Notes under the pieces: model-generated
Told to the model about the DNA's origin: nothing
Database searches by the model: none
The model's input: only the letters and a program-made list of their open reading frames with translations
Assembly (NCBI GenBank): GCA_018396415.1
Contig: JAGTRE010000004.1
Coordinates: 21,380-85,379, forward strand
Origin: Candidatus Bathyarchaeota archaeon
GTDB lineage: Archaea > Thermoproteota > Bathyarchaeia > RBG-16-48-13 > JAGTRE01
DNA: 64,000 nt
Reading direction: 5' to 3'
Made by a program: the position numbers and the translations under genes
In this document: piece by piece, positions 9,028-18,594 of the stretch
Position numbering within the stretch: the stretch's first letter is position 1
Layout of the letters: each line of letters begins with the position of its first letter

Positions 9028-9879
9028 ATGGCAAGTGTAAGGTACAAACCGCCGGAAACAGCAGAAATAGGCTACTTTGGAGGAACGGGTAATTATGATC
9101 CCAACATCTTTGAAGATGTTAAACAAATTAAAGTATATACACCCTATGGGCAACCTAGCGACTTAGTTACAGTAGGGTGGATTAAAGGTCGAAAAGTAGC
9201 CTTTATCCCAAGGCATGGACGGCACCATACAATTCCGCCATATAAAGTAAACTACAGGGCAAACGTTTGGGCAATGAAAGCACTTGGGGTCACTCGTATC
9301 ATCTCTCCGGCAGCAGTTGGCAGTTTACAGCCAGAATTCATCAAGCCATATGAGTTCGTAGTCTGCGACCAATTCTTCGATAGAACTACCAACCGGAGAT
9401 CTTTAAGCTTCTATGAGGGCGGCGTAACTGGACACGTGCCATTCGCAGATCCCACCTGCCCAGAGCTTCGTAGAATCATTTTGGACACAGCGCGTGAAGT
9501 ACTTCCTAACATCATAGTACATCCTACGCCGAAAGAAGAAGAAATGGGAAAATCTTTCACCTATGTAACTATTGAAGGACCTAGATTTTCAACACGGGCT
9601 GAATCTCTTTTTTACAAGAGTCAAGGATGGTCTGTAGTTGGAATGACAGGTTTCACTGAAGCATGCCTATGTCGCGAAGCCGAGATCTGTTTCGCCAGCA
9701 TCGCCTTAATAACTGATACCGATGTTTACGGATTAATGCCAGTTACGGCTGAACGTGTTGCAAAGAGTATGCGCGAAAATGTAGCTAATGTAAATAAATT
9801 GCTATTCGAAGTGTTTCCGAGAATTCCTAAAGAGCGTAAATGCTCATGCTCGACTGTGCTTGATGTTTCGCTTTACTAG
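9028..9879 (+). CDS. mtnP: 5'-methylthioadenosine phosphorylase, Asp-type
   Basis: FIPRHG, VNYRAN, EGPRFSTRAES, VGMT; base-binding motif TDTD. Confidence 0.9.
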   Translation: MASVRYKPPETAEIGYFGGTGNYDPNIFEDVKQIKVYTPYGQPSDLVTVGWIKGRKVAFIPRHGRHHTIPPYKVNYRANVWAMKALGVTRIISPAAVGSLQPEFIKPYEFVVCDQFFDRTTNRRSLSFYEGGVTGHVPFADPTCPELRRIILDTAREVLPNIIVHPTPKEEEMGKSFTYVTIEGPRFSTRAESLFYKSQGWSVVGMTGFTEACLCREAEICFASIALITDTDVYGLMPVTAERVAKSMRENVANVNKLLFEVFPRIPKERKCSCSTVLDVSLY

Positions 9880-10061
9880 TGCAATTTAGACTTGGTTTAG
9901 TCGAAAGTTTAAATATCCATGAAAAAAGAACGCTGGACTAGTTTAGATCTACCAGGTCTTCTTCCAACATTCTTCGTTTATTGACGAAATACTATTAGTA
10001 TCTTGTCGAATGACAAGGTTTTTTAGTCAAAAGCAACATTCTTTTAATTGAAGGAACACTC

Positions 10062-10316
10062 ATGGTTTCAGAAATGAAGGAGGCTTATGTACAATTGAAT
10101 TCTGAGGATCTTAATTACTTACGTGAGCTTCTTGATAGTGGAGGAACCAGCGTTATCAATCCTAGAGAAAAAGATATCGCGAAAAAATTGTCAGCGCTAG
10201 ATCTGGTAACGTTAAGCACTATTGATGGCGCTTTCTTTGTAACGCCTCACTATAAAATCTTATTTAAAATTTTGCCTAACTTAGAAAAAGAAGTAGCCGT
10301 TTTAGCCTCCCATTGA
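10062..10316 (+). CDS. Small hypothetical protein, possibly winged-helix-like
   Basis: 84-aa ATG ORF with a GAAGGA RBS, filling the intergenic gap. Confidence 0.6.
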   Translation: MVSEMKEAYVQLNSEDLNYLRELLDSGGTSVINPREKDIAKKLSALDLVTLSTIDGAFFVTPHYKILFKILPNLEKEVAVLASH

Positions 10317-10353
10317 TAAAGAATAACTTGCAAACCGCATGTGCGTTTCTTTA

Positions 10354-11625
10354 TTAAAAAGGGGCATATATTCCCCATTTCTGTAGTTTTTCTTGAACTA
10401 ATCTCTGAATTTTACTTTTTGTAAGTGTTTTGATTTGATTAGGTTTGAATGACCCTATGTCAGTGATTATTTTCGTTATTAAGTGAGCAGGTGTGATGTC
10501 AAATGCCGGATTAAAAATGGAAGCTTCACCTTTGCCAGGCAGTTTTCCGTGAATAAGAATATTTTTCGGGGGCCATTCAATTAAACTTCTTTTTGATAAA
10601 ACACCTTGCCTTCGCATCTCTAAGGCTTCCAGATGATAGGGATACGTAACTTCCTCGATGTTCCTCTCCTCAATTTGAATCTCTGCACTTGTTTTCGCGC
10701 ATAAGTCTATAGTCGAGTATGATGTAGCATAGTAAAATGGAAGCCCATAGTCCTTCATGACGCGTGCTAAGTCTGCCGATCCGACTTTATTAAAGACATC
10801 TCCATTTTTAGTCACTCTGTCCACACCTAGTATAGCTTTAGTTATACCAAATCTTTCGATTGATATAGAAATCATATTGTCGGTGATAATTATAACTGGC
10901 ACGCCTGCCCGGTTTAACTCCCAGACGGTGAGTTTATAGCCTTGACTTCGTGGCCTAGTTTCCTTAGCTATGACCGTCAAATCTAAGCCTTCTACATACG
11001 CTTCCTCAATCAAACCGAGGGCATGACCGCCATAAGTGCTACTAAGTGAGCCACCGTTACAATGAGTGATTATACGATCTCCTGTCTGGAGATATTTTTT
11101 CCCCTCTTGTCGTAAGAACCAATTTAGAATAAGATCTGACACCAACACATGGTCAGCTACGTTTTTAGTTGCAAGCACAGCTGCATCGACATCTTTTGTG
11201 TCATCATAGGCTTTTTTCGCAGCGTCTAATGCGATACCCACGGCCCAAGGGAGAGGGGCAGCCGTAGGTCTAGTACTTCTGATGATTTTTGCACAATTTT
11301 CGAGTTTTGAGATGAAATTCGCCTTTTTGGCGGCGCATTCCTTGGCAGCCAATACCATACAATAAGCCCCAGCCGCTCCAATTGCTTGAGATCCACGAAT
11401 GATCATTCCTTTAATTCCAAAATTAGCAGCTACTCTCCAATTATTTGTCTTCCAAGTGGTTATTTCGTAAGGCAGTTTTGTTTGATCTAAATAAATCAGC
11501 TCATTTTTATTTTCGTCATAGAAAATTGTAATCGGAATCATCGTCTTCTTATGAACATAAATGCCAATTTCACTGTCAAATTCTAATCCAATTTTTCTAA
11601 GAACATTTTCTACGTTTGCACTCAT
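10354..11625 (-). CDS. mtnA: Methylthioribose-1-phosphate isomerase (eIF2B-like family)
   Basis: LDQTKLP, IRGSQAIG, TRPTA, THCN, ETRP, DRV..NGDVFNKVG, NPAFDITP. Confidence 0.88.
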   Translation of the reverse strand: MSANVENVLRKIGLEFDSEIGIYVHKKTMIPITIFYDENKNELIYLDQTKLPYEITTWKTNNWRVAANFGIKGMIIRGSQAIGAAGAYCMVLAAKECAAKKANFISKLENCAKIIRSTRPTAAPLPWAVGIALDAAKKAYDDTKDVDAAVLATKNVADHVLVSDLILNWFLRQEGKKYLQTGDRIITHCNGGSLSSTYGGHALGLIEEAYVEGLDLTVIAKETRPRSQGYKLTVWELNRAGVPVIIITDNMISISIERFGITKAILGVDRVTKNGDVFNKVGSADLARVMKDYGLPFYYATSYSTIDLCAKTSAEIQIEERNIEEVTYPYHLEALEMRRQGVLSKRSLIEWPPKNILIHGKLPGKGEASIFNPAFDITPAHLITKIITDIGSFKPNQIKTLTKSKIQRLVQEKLQKWGIYAPF

Positions 11626-11721
11626 AATTAAAGTCCCTCATCAAGTCTTCACTATAAAATAACAACTTTAACGTTAAAGAATCACGCACAGATTAATAAT
11701 AATTATAGAGTAGAAAATCAT

Positions 11722-11823
11722 TGGCGCCGGGGGAGGGATTTGAACCCCCGAGGCCCAAAGGGCCACTGGATCTCGAGTCTGTCCAAATAGGGGTCCAGCG
11801 CATTTCCACTCTGCCACCCCGGC
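11722..11823 (-). tRNA. tRNA-Ser(CGA) with 16-nt non-canonical intron (best fit 32/33; 11777-11792), CCA encoded
   Basis: Reverse complement GCCGGGG...CTGGAC[CCCTATTTGGACAGAC]TCGAGATCCAG, long variable arm, GTTCAAATC, ...CCCCGGCGCCA. Confidence 0.9.
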
Positions 11824-12039
11824 TCTCAAATCCATAGTAAAGAACCTCGGCTAAATCTATTTCCTATTAATCATCAATAAAACCTCAGCCTTTTGAAAGT
11901 TCATCTTATGAGGCTCTCAATATTGATTTAACCATCTTAAACTTCATGGTTGAAGACCTAACTGTATTTATAAGTCAGCTAGACTAAGAGCGAAACATTT
12001 GACTCCTGAAAACGAGCTAATCGTAGTAGAGGTCTGCTT

Positions 12040-12750
12040 ATGGATCCGCAACTAAAGCAAATAATCGACATGATTCAAAATTCCAGCCTGCGAAAAAAGG
12101 TCGAGGATATGATAAACAACCCAAGCATAAAAATCAAAGGCTTTCGCAAAATAGGCCTCCCACTCGATAAAAGTCCAGCAGGCAAATCAAAACATCATAG
12201 TTACGATAAAGGTCTCATCGATCACATGGTTGCCACAACGCATACAGCCATAGCTTTGTGCGACGTTGTGGAGAAAGTCTACCATTGCAAGGTTAATCGC
12301 GACTTAGTAATCAGCGGGATCCTTCTTCACGATTTAATGAAACCACTAACCTATACAAAACAGGACAATGGTACGTACGGTATCTCCCCGCTCGGTGAGA
12401 AACTAGACCATTTATCGCTAGTCGTTGCAGAGGGATACCGTAGGAAATTGCCCATCGAACTTTTGCATATAATTTGTGCACACCATGGAAGAGCCGGGCC
12501 CATCAGTCCGCATACAATTGAGGCTTTAATCTGCCATGTTGCTGATGTTGCCGATGCGACTCTCAATGGCGAAGTATTTAATGCGGCACGCTGGCTTGTA
12601 AGGGATTGCGTTGGAGAAGATATCACTACGGTAACCGCAGAGGAAGCATATACGATTGTTCAAGCTAAACAAACACAGGGCTGTGAAGGTGTAAGAGAAG
12701 CGTTTAAAAAGATTAAGAAAAAGCATAGTGGCGGGTTTAAGAGTTATTAG
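12040..12750 (+). CDS. HD-domain phosphohydrolase (YhaM-like HD domain)
   Basis: PAGKSKHH..GLIDH, LLHDLMK, AHHG, VAD..DA motifs. Confidence 0.88.
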   Translation: MDPQLKQIIDMIQNSSLRKKVEDMINNPSIKIKGFRKIGLPLDKSPAGKSKHHSYDKGLIDHMVATTHTAIALCDVVEKVYHCKVNRDLVISGILLHDLMKPLTYTKQDNGTYGISPLGEKLDHLSLVVAEGYRRKLPIELLHIICAHHGRAGPISPHTIEALICHVADVADATLNGEVFNAARWLVRDCVGEDITTVTAEEAYTIVQAKQTQGCEGVREAFKKIKKKHSGGFKSY

Positions 12751-12882
12751 AATAGAATTGGCTGTCATCAATTTCAACCATAGCTTGACTCCTAACCGTT
12801 GAAATTATTTCGACTAAAGGCTAATGTAACTTGTTAAACGGTTGGCGCTTAATCGTTGGGGCTGAATTGCTCATAAAGATGA

Positions 12883-12894
12883 ATCACTAGTGAT
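12883..12894. promoter_or_regulatory. Perfect 12-bp palindrome upstream of the TATA box of the UreI-like gene
   Basis: ATCACTAGTGAT, followed by GAAAATTCTATATAT (BRE/TATA-like) at about 12903-12917. Confidence 0.45.
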
Positions 12895-12946
12895 ATTTAT
12901 TGGAAAATTCTATATATTCGTTTTCTGATAACTAAAAAGTCGTACT

Positions 12947-12972
12947 ATCTAATTGTAAAATCTAATTGTAAA
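12947..12972 (+). repeat. Tandem 13-bp direct repeat
   Basis: ATCTAATTGTAAA twice, in the leader of the 12996 gene. Confidence 0.85.
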
Positions 12973-12995
12973 GCGGAAAAGGAGGAAAAGGATAA

Positions 12996-13553
12996 ATGGA
13001 AATCTATAACATGCTAGTGCCAATTGCATGCGTCATGTGGTTCTGTGGCTTTTCTTGCTTCGTTGGCGGCTGGTTGCTTCTAGGAAAGGCTGACGGTAAA
13101 GGCGCTGGTTTCGCAGTTGCGTTGGGTGGAATACTTGCAACAGTCACTGTTCTCATTAGTATGCACGCATACGCACCAACTAATTCAGTGTTAGCGGTAG
13201 GACCGGTTGGCGTGCCAGCCACTGCTGCGTTGTTCCTTATCTGCCCTGTAATCTATGGTATGATCCTAACCTCTTTTGGCTTCCATGCACACTTTGGATG
13301 GGATCTCCGAAGCCAGGGTTGGGCAGCCACTTACATGGGGATAACTGCGCTATTTTATCAATGGTACTTTGCAGCAAGCGCTTTCTGGGCAGTGATGAAC
13401 TTCACATGGGTTGTCGCATTGTTTGCTACGGCGGCAGCTTGCTTAACGAAATGGCCTGTAGGAAAGTTCCTTGGTTATTGGCTGTGGCTTGTGTGCGGGC
13501 TATTTAGCTTGCTCTACGCCAGCTTAGCGGTTGGAATGGGTGCACTCTGGTAA
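12996..13553 (+). CDS. AmiS/UreI family urea/amide channel-like membrane protein
   Basis: About six TM helices with LLGKADGKGAG and WDLRSQGW segments; strong GGAGG RBS and downstream T-tract. Confidence 0.7.
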   Translation: MEIYNMLVPIACVMWFCGFSCFVGGWLLLGKADGKGAGFAVALGGILATVTVLISMHAYAPTNSVLAVGPVGVPATAALFLICPVIYGMILTSFGFHAHFGWDLRSQGWAATYMGITALFYQWYFAASAFWAVMNFTWVVALFATAAACLTKWPVGKFLGYWLWLVCGLFSLLYASLAVGMGALW

Positions 13554-13636
13554 ATCTAAATAATTTCCTCCATTTATTTTTTGTAAGTTACCTATATCTA
13601 GTTAGAAAACCAATTTTCATATAATAGATGGCTTTT

Positions 13637-14050
13637 CTATGGCGCTGACACGGTTTTCATATGTGCACGTATAATTTCTGTAATTTCTTCTGCCTCTTTT
13701 TTTGGTTGTATAAAGAATATCCTTTTTTTGGTTGACCCTGCGGCGAAATCAACGTATCCTCCAAGGAAATCCTTACCGGACTCGATCGAAGTTATTTGAT
13801 CGTATGGAAATTCCTCAAATTCAAATTCGCCAACCATTTTTGGTATGTAAAACAACACTCGCTTATTGGTAGCGGCAAATATGCCAAGAGGCATGGTTTC
13901 TCTTTTTCCAAGAGTTTTTTCCTTTATTCTGCCAGATGAAATCATGTACAATATTTCTTCGCCAGGTTTCAAAACTTCTTGCACGAGCCAATCATGTTTT
14001 CTTGTAAGTAAATATTTAAAGAATTTCCAATTTATCTTCAGCACGGGCAC
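13637..14050 (-). CDS. Bacterial-type PH domain protein
   Basis: LKPGEEIL..GIFAATNKRVLF..FPYDQITSIE pattern. Confidence 0.78.
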   Translation of the reverse strand: MPVLKINWKFFKYLLTRKHDWLVQEVLKPGEEILYMISSGRIKEKTLGKRETMPLGIFAATNKRVLFYIPKMVGEFEFEEFPYDQITSIESGKDFLGGYVDFAAGSTKKRIFFIQPKKEAEEITEIIRAHMKTVSAP

Positions 14051-14200
14051 TCCTCCTAGTTCATGTCTTGTTACGGTTATTTTTATCTAATAACGTTACG
14101 TGCGCTAGTGTTTAGTTTGGGTGGTTTTTGCTTAATATAAATTGATGCTGGTCATTCAGTTCCCTGCAGAAATCGCTAGAATATAGCTCAAGACGAGCTC

Positions 14201-14863
14201 TCAATCGAGTTTTGGTCTTGGTCTTTCCTTTGACTTAATTTTGGCAAATACTTCTTTCTCCTTCTGTAATCTCTGATATTCGGGTATCATACTTTGATAC
14301 CATACAGTTACTGGCAACAACGATAGTTTAGAGAAAACTTTTCCCATGTGTTTTCCTTTACGATAGGCAAGTCCAAAAGATAAACCAATCGCAATTAAGG
14401 ATAAAACTGCAAATACATCGTAGAATACTGGGACTCGCCCAGCAAAATTAAAGAAATATGGTAACACTACTAATATAGTTCCTCCTATTAAAAGCCCGAA
14501 TATCTTGGCTAAATATTTTTTATCAAGACAGTAATATGCTAAATTTTTTATTCCATCCCTCGCGATCTTAGCGAGGTCTTCTACTGGCTCCCACTGTGTT
14601 TCCTCTTTTATAACAAACTGAACCTCTTCAACTTCTGCTCCTCTACGCTGAATACGATTATACTCATTGTATAGGTCTTCTCCAATATCTCCGCTATAGA
14701 GTTTCCGTCCATGATATCTCGTATCCCACGGTCGCCAAGGTTTTAAAATTAATTGTCCTGTTTCTCGATCTTCTTCAAAAATTTCATAGAGTTTACGGCG
14801 AATAATAGTCAACTTTTGTTTCCTCTTTTCGCCTTCTATCTCTTTCATCGTATGCTCATCCAA
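14201..14863 (-). CDS. Hypothetical membrane protein with two TM helices
   Basis: 220-aa ORF with a charged N-terminus and two hydrophobic helices. An upstream in-frame ATG at 14908 is separated by a TAG. Confidence 0.7.
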   Translation of the reverse strand: MDEHTMKEIEGEKRKQKLTIIRRKLYEIFEEDRETGQLILKPWRPWDTRYHGRKLYSGDIGEDLYNEYNRIQRRGAEVEEVQFVIKEETQWEPVEDLAKIARDGIKNLAYYCLDKKYLAKIFGLLIGGTILVVLPYFFNFAGRVPVFYDVFAVLSLIAIGLSFGLAYRKGKHMGKVFSKLSLLPVTVWYQSMIPEYQRLQKEKEVFAKIKSKERPRPKLD

Positions 14864-15042
14864 CTTTAAGCCCAGTTCCTATTTTTCTCTAACCTCATTC
14901 TTATTCATGTCGTTTCCTAAAATTAGTAACGATAGAAATTCCCAAACCATTTTCGGCACATCGTATTTTATAGTATTATAGAAAAAACAGCAGAATGTCT
15001 ACTTCTTGAAAACATCATTATTAAAATCGGCGTAAAAGGTCA

Positions 15043-15151
15043 TGGTGCGGGGGGAGGGATTTGAACCCCCGAAGCCCTACGGCAGCAGATTTCTCCACTT
15101 TTTAAAGATTTCTTGAGTCTGCCCCCTTAGACCTGACTTGGGTACCCCCGC
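15043..15151 (-). tRNA. tRNA-Leu(CAA) with 21-nt canonical 37/38 intron (15091-15111), CCA encoded
   Basis: GCGGGGG...GCAGACTCAAG[intron]ATCTGC, variable arm, GTTCAAATC, CCCCCGCACCA. Confidence 0.93.
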
Positions 15152-15255
15152 TTTGAGTGATACACTGCCAACTGTTTTTTAATCATTTTAACATTTCTTT
15201 AAACATGTGGTAGTCAGTGGTGTTTTTAAATAAAAACTTTCCAACAGCCTTAAAT

Positions 15256-15705
15256 TTACTCTTTTTCTGAAACCCAATAAGAGGAGCCGTCAGCAAGTAT
15301 TTCTTTCTTCCACACAGGTAACTCTTTTTTATAACGTTCGACGGCTTCAGTTAACGCGGGGAATACGTCTTTCCGCGAGCGACCTGCAATGATGACATAT
15401 ACAAGCTCATCGCTGACGTTAAATGAGCCGGTAAAATGATAAATGCGGGCGTCCACTATACCCGCTCGAGTTAATAAATTCCCACAAATTCTTGCGATAA
15501 CTTCGTTAGCTTTTTCCTTGTAGGCTTCTACTTCTAATTTAGAAACTTCTTTACCTTCGTAAGTACGCCCGCGCACTATACCAATGAATGAGGCGATTGC
15601 CCCAGCTTCTTGGAGCCGAGGGTTCTCACGTAAAGACTCTAGTATTTGTGAGAACGTGATTTCTCCCTTCTCGTAAACACCGCCATAATCCGCCATGTTG
15701 TTCAC
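15256..15705 (-). CDS. moaE: Molybdopterin synthase catalytic subunit
   Basis: GAIASFIGIVR and KKELPVWKKE motifs. Confidence 0.93.
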   Translation of the reverse strand: MNNMADYGGVYEKGEITFSQILESLRENPRLQEAGAIASFIGIVRGRTYEGKEVSKLEVEAYKEKANEVIARICGNLLTRAGIVDARIYHFTGSFNVSDELVYVIIAGRSRKDVFPALTEAVERYKKELPVWKKEILADGSSYWVSEKE

Positions 15706-15768
15706 CGTTAACTTCTTAATCAGCTGGAACTGATTACTCTTGCGCGAGTTAAGGAGGAAAACAGTCCT

Positions 15769-16023
15769 TTGACTAGGTCCTCCGGATCTTCCCCTAACTT
15801 AAAGAGTGTTAAGGAGGTCAGATTGATCAGAGATCGGTGTAAAGGATGTGGGTTTTGCATTTGGATCTGTCCTAAACAAGTTCTTAGCTTCTCAGACAAG
15901 TTAAATGTCCGCGGTGTCTTTCCTGCGATGATAAAAGATGATGTTGCATGTGTTGGTTGTGGATTGTGTGAGCTGATCTGTCCGGATTTTGCGATTTTTC
16001 TGGAGCGGAGAAGGAAAATATGA
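15769..16023 (+). CDS. korD: 2-oxoacid:ferredoxin oxidoreductase delta subunit (2x[4Fe-4S])
   Basis: CKGCGFCIWICP and CVGCGLCELICP; first gene of the operon. Confidence 0.88.
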   Translation: MTRSSGSSPNLKSVKEVRLIRDRCKGCGFCIWICPKQVLSFSDKLNVRGVFPAMIKDDVACVGCGLCELICPDFAIFLERRRKI

Positions 16024-17168
16024 GAAGAGACGTGTTGTCAGGTATATATTTTGTCCAAGGGAACATTGCCTGCGCTGAAGGTGCTGTTGCTGCGGGCTGC
16101 CGGTTTTTTGCTGGTTATCCGATAACCCCGGCTACAGAAATTTGTGAGCATATGGCAGTAAGACTTCCAGAAGTTGATGGTGTATTTATCCAGATGGAAG
16201 ACGAGATAGCATCACTTGCTGCGGTGCTCGGAGCATCTTATTCTGGGGTTAAAGCTATGACCGCGACCTCTGGTCCCGGTTTCAGTTTGATGATGGAAAA
16301 TCTTGGCTTAGCTGTAATGACTGAAACTCCATGTGTTCTTGTAAATGTTATGCGTGGCGGACCAAGTACTGGGCAGCCGACTAAAACTGGGCAACAAGAT
16401 GTAATGCAGGCGAGATGGGGTTCTCACGGTGACTATGAGCTGATTGTTCTCGCTCCGGCTTCTGTTCAGGAAATGTTTGATTTCACGGTTGAAGCCTTCA
16501 ACCTTTCTGAAGAGTATAGGACACCTGTCATCATTCTTGCCGATGAGATCGTTGCTCATATTCGAGAGAAATTAATTATTCCTGAACCGAATTCGATCAA
16601 AAAAATTGAGCGTAAAAAGCCAAAAATCTCACCTAACGACTACTTACCATTCAAACCTGATGAGAGCCTTATTCCACCTATGGCTTGCTTTGGAGAAGGA
16701 TACCATATCTATGCTACTGGTTTAACACATGATGAGCGAGGTATGCCAGATATGAGTGCTGAGGCTCATCAATATTTGGTTAGACGGCTATGCGATAAAA
16801 TTCGAAATAATGCGGACAAAATTGTAAAGACGCAAGAATTTTTGACTGATGACGCCGAGATCGCGATTATCACATATGGAACCACAACCAGATCTGCTCT
16901 CAGCGCTGCTAAAAAAGCTCGAAAAGAGGGTATTAAGGTTGGGATTCAGAGATTAATCACAATTTGGCCTCTTCCTGAAAGGGCGATTTCTAAATTAGCC
17001 GAAAAGGTTGAAGTTATCATTGTTCCTGAAATGAACTACGGGCAGCTTGTTAGGGAAATTGAACGAGTAGCAAAAACAACGCCTGTAATACATCTTCCGA
17101 AACTTGGTGAAGAACTTCATCGTCCAACTGAGATTTTGGAAGCGATTAGGAGGAATCTTTGTGGTTGA
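16020..17168 (+). CDS. korA: 2-oxoacid:ferredoxin oxidoreductase alpha subunit
   Basis: FAGYPITP, QMEDE, TSGPG, RGGPSTG. Confidence 0.93.
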   Translation: MRRDVLSGIYFVQGNIACAEGAVAAGCRFFAGYPITPATEICEHMAVRLPEVDGVFIQMEDEIASLAAVLGASYSGVKAMTATSGPGFSLMMENLGLAVMTETPCVLVNVMRGGPSTGQPTKTGQQDVMQARWGSHGDYELIVLAPASVQEMFDFTVEAFNLSEEYRTPVIILADEIVAHIREKLIIPEPNSIKKIERKKPKISPNDYLPFKPDESLIPPMACFGEGYHIYATGLTHDERGMPDMSAEAHQYLVRRLCDKIRNNADKIVKTQEFLTDDAEIAIITYGTTTRSALSAAKKARKEGIKVGIQRLITIWPLPERAISKLAEKVEVIIVPEMNYGQLVREIERVAKTTPVIHLPKLGEELHRPTEILEAIRRNLCG

Positions 17169-18030
17169 GGTTTCTATATCACATCCACTTGATGGTTACT
17201 TACGAAGAGGGGCTCTTCCTCATATATGGTGTGCGGGTTGCGGATATGGAGTCATTTTAAACTGTTTTATTAGAGCCCTGCGGGAACTTGAGTTTAATCT
17301 TAATAATTTAGTTGTGGTCTCGGGAATTGGTTGCATTGGTAGAATCTCAGGTTACATAAATGCGGATGGATTTCACACAACTCATGGGCGGGCGCTAGCT
17401 TTCGCCACTGGCGTTAAACTCGTTCGCCCTCACCTCAAAGTTGTTGTGATTAGCGGAGACGGCGACTTATTTGCAATTGGTGGAAACCACTTCATTCATG
17501 CTGCACGTCGTAATATTGATGTAACAGTAATTTGCGCAAATAATTTTGTTTACGGAATGACTGGAGGTCAGCTTGGTCCGACAACTCCCCTATCCGCTTA
17601 CACCCCGACAACACCGTATGGGAGCGTTGAACATCCATTTAACCTAGTTTATCTGGCAGCTGGGTCAGGCGCTGTCTATGTTGCACGATGGACTATCTTT
17701 CATGTCAGAGAGTTAATTACCTCAATGAAAAAAGCCTTAATGAGGAAAGGGTTAAGTTTTGTTGAGATAATTACACCGTGCCCAACTCTCTTTGGCCGGT
17801 ATAATCGGCTTGGCACTGCCGTGGATATTTTGGAGTGGCTGAAAACGAGCTCGGTCACTCGATACCATAGTAACCCGGCAGAAGCTGAAATTACATTGGG
17901 CGGAAAGATAATTGTAGGCGAATTTATTGACACCGAAAAAGTAACCTATTCGGAGTTAGTTAGGGAAATGACCAAAAAGATCCAGCAACGGCTTGAAAAA
18001 GAGGGAAAATTAACTCTTGCCTCGCTATGA
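17161..18030 (+). CDS. korB: 2-oxoacid:ferredoxin oxidoreductase beta subunit (TPP-binding)
   Basis: WCAGCG, SGIGC, HTTHGRA, GDGD..N; start placed at GTG 17161. Confidence 0.93.
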   Translation: MVEVSISHPLDGYLRRGALPHIWCAGCGYGVILNCFIRALRELEFNLNNLVVVSGIGCIGRISGYINADGFHTTHGRALAFATGVKLVRPHLKVVVISGDGDLFAIGGNHFIHAARRNIDVTVICANNFVYGMTGGQLGPTTPLSAYTPTTPYGSVEHPFNLVYLAAGSGAVYVARWTIFHVRELITSMKKALMRKGLSFVEIITPCPTLFGRYNRLGTAVDILEWLKTSSVTRYHSNPAEAEITLGGKIIVGEFIDTEKVTYSELVREMTKKIQQRLEKEGKLTLASL

Positions 18031-18571
18031 GATAAGAATCGCTGGATTCGGTGGTCAGGGAATTGTCAGGGCAGGAGTAATTCTTGGGATAGCCGCATGT
18101 CTCTATAGTGATATGAATGGAACTCAAACAGAGTCTTATGGTCCTGAGGCGAGGGGTGGCGCCTGCAGATCAGAAGTTGTATTATCCGATGAGGAAATCG
18201 ATTACCCGAATGTAGAAACACCCGATGTCCTCATAGTGATGTCGCAGTTGGCCTACAAGATGTATTCCAGTGATATTAAAGAAAATGGGACGATAATTTT
18301 GGATCCGGACATGATTCCATACCGTACAGCTCTTAAGAAAGTCAAAATATATGAAATTCCCGCAACTCGGATTGCTGAAAAAGCCGGTAGCAGAGTTGTT
18401 GCAAATAGTGTAATGCTGGGGGCATTCACAGCCATTTCCAACATAATTAAAAAGACAGCTATGGAGAAGGCCATTGTAGCAAGCTTCCCCTCTGAGACTA
18501 GAAAAATGAATTTACGTGCATTTCGCGAAGGCTACAATTTTGCTAAGAAACTGCTGATGCGACGCGCTTAA
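18017..18571 (+). CDS. korC: 2-oxoacid:ferredoxin oxidoreductase gamma subunit
   Basis: AGFGGQG and SYGPEARGG. Confidence 0.92.
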   Translation: MPRYEIRIAGFGGQGIVRAGVILGIAACLYSDMNGTQTESYGPEARGGACRSEVVLSDEEIDYPNVETPDVLIVMSQLAYKMYSSDIKENGTIILDPDMIPYRTALKKVKIYEIPATRIAEKAGSRVVANSVMLGAFTAISNIIKKTAMEKAIVASFPSETRKMNLRAFREGYNFAKKLLMRRA

Positions 18572-18594
18572 TTCGTCTACACAGTGAAATACAA

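Noticed and set aside
11722..15151. Shared GGGGGAGGGATTTGAACCCCCGA at both tRNA 3' ends as attL/attR of an integrated element
   Set aside because: Both copies belong to complete, different tRNAs with a conserved T-arm, and there is no integrase between them.
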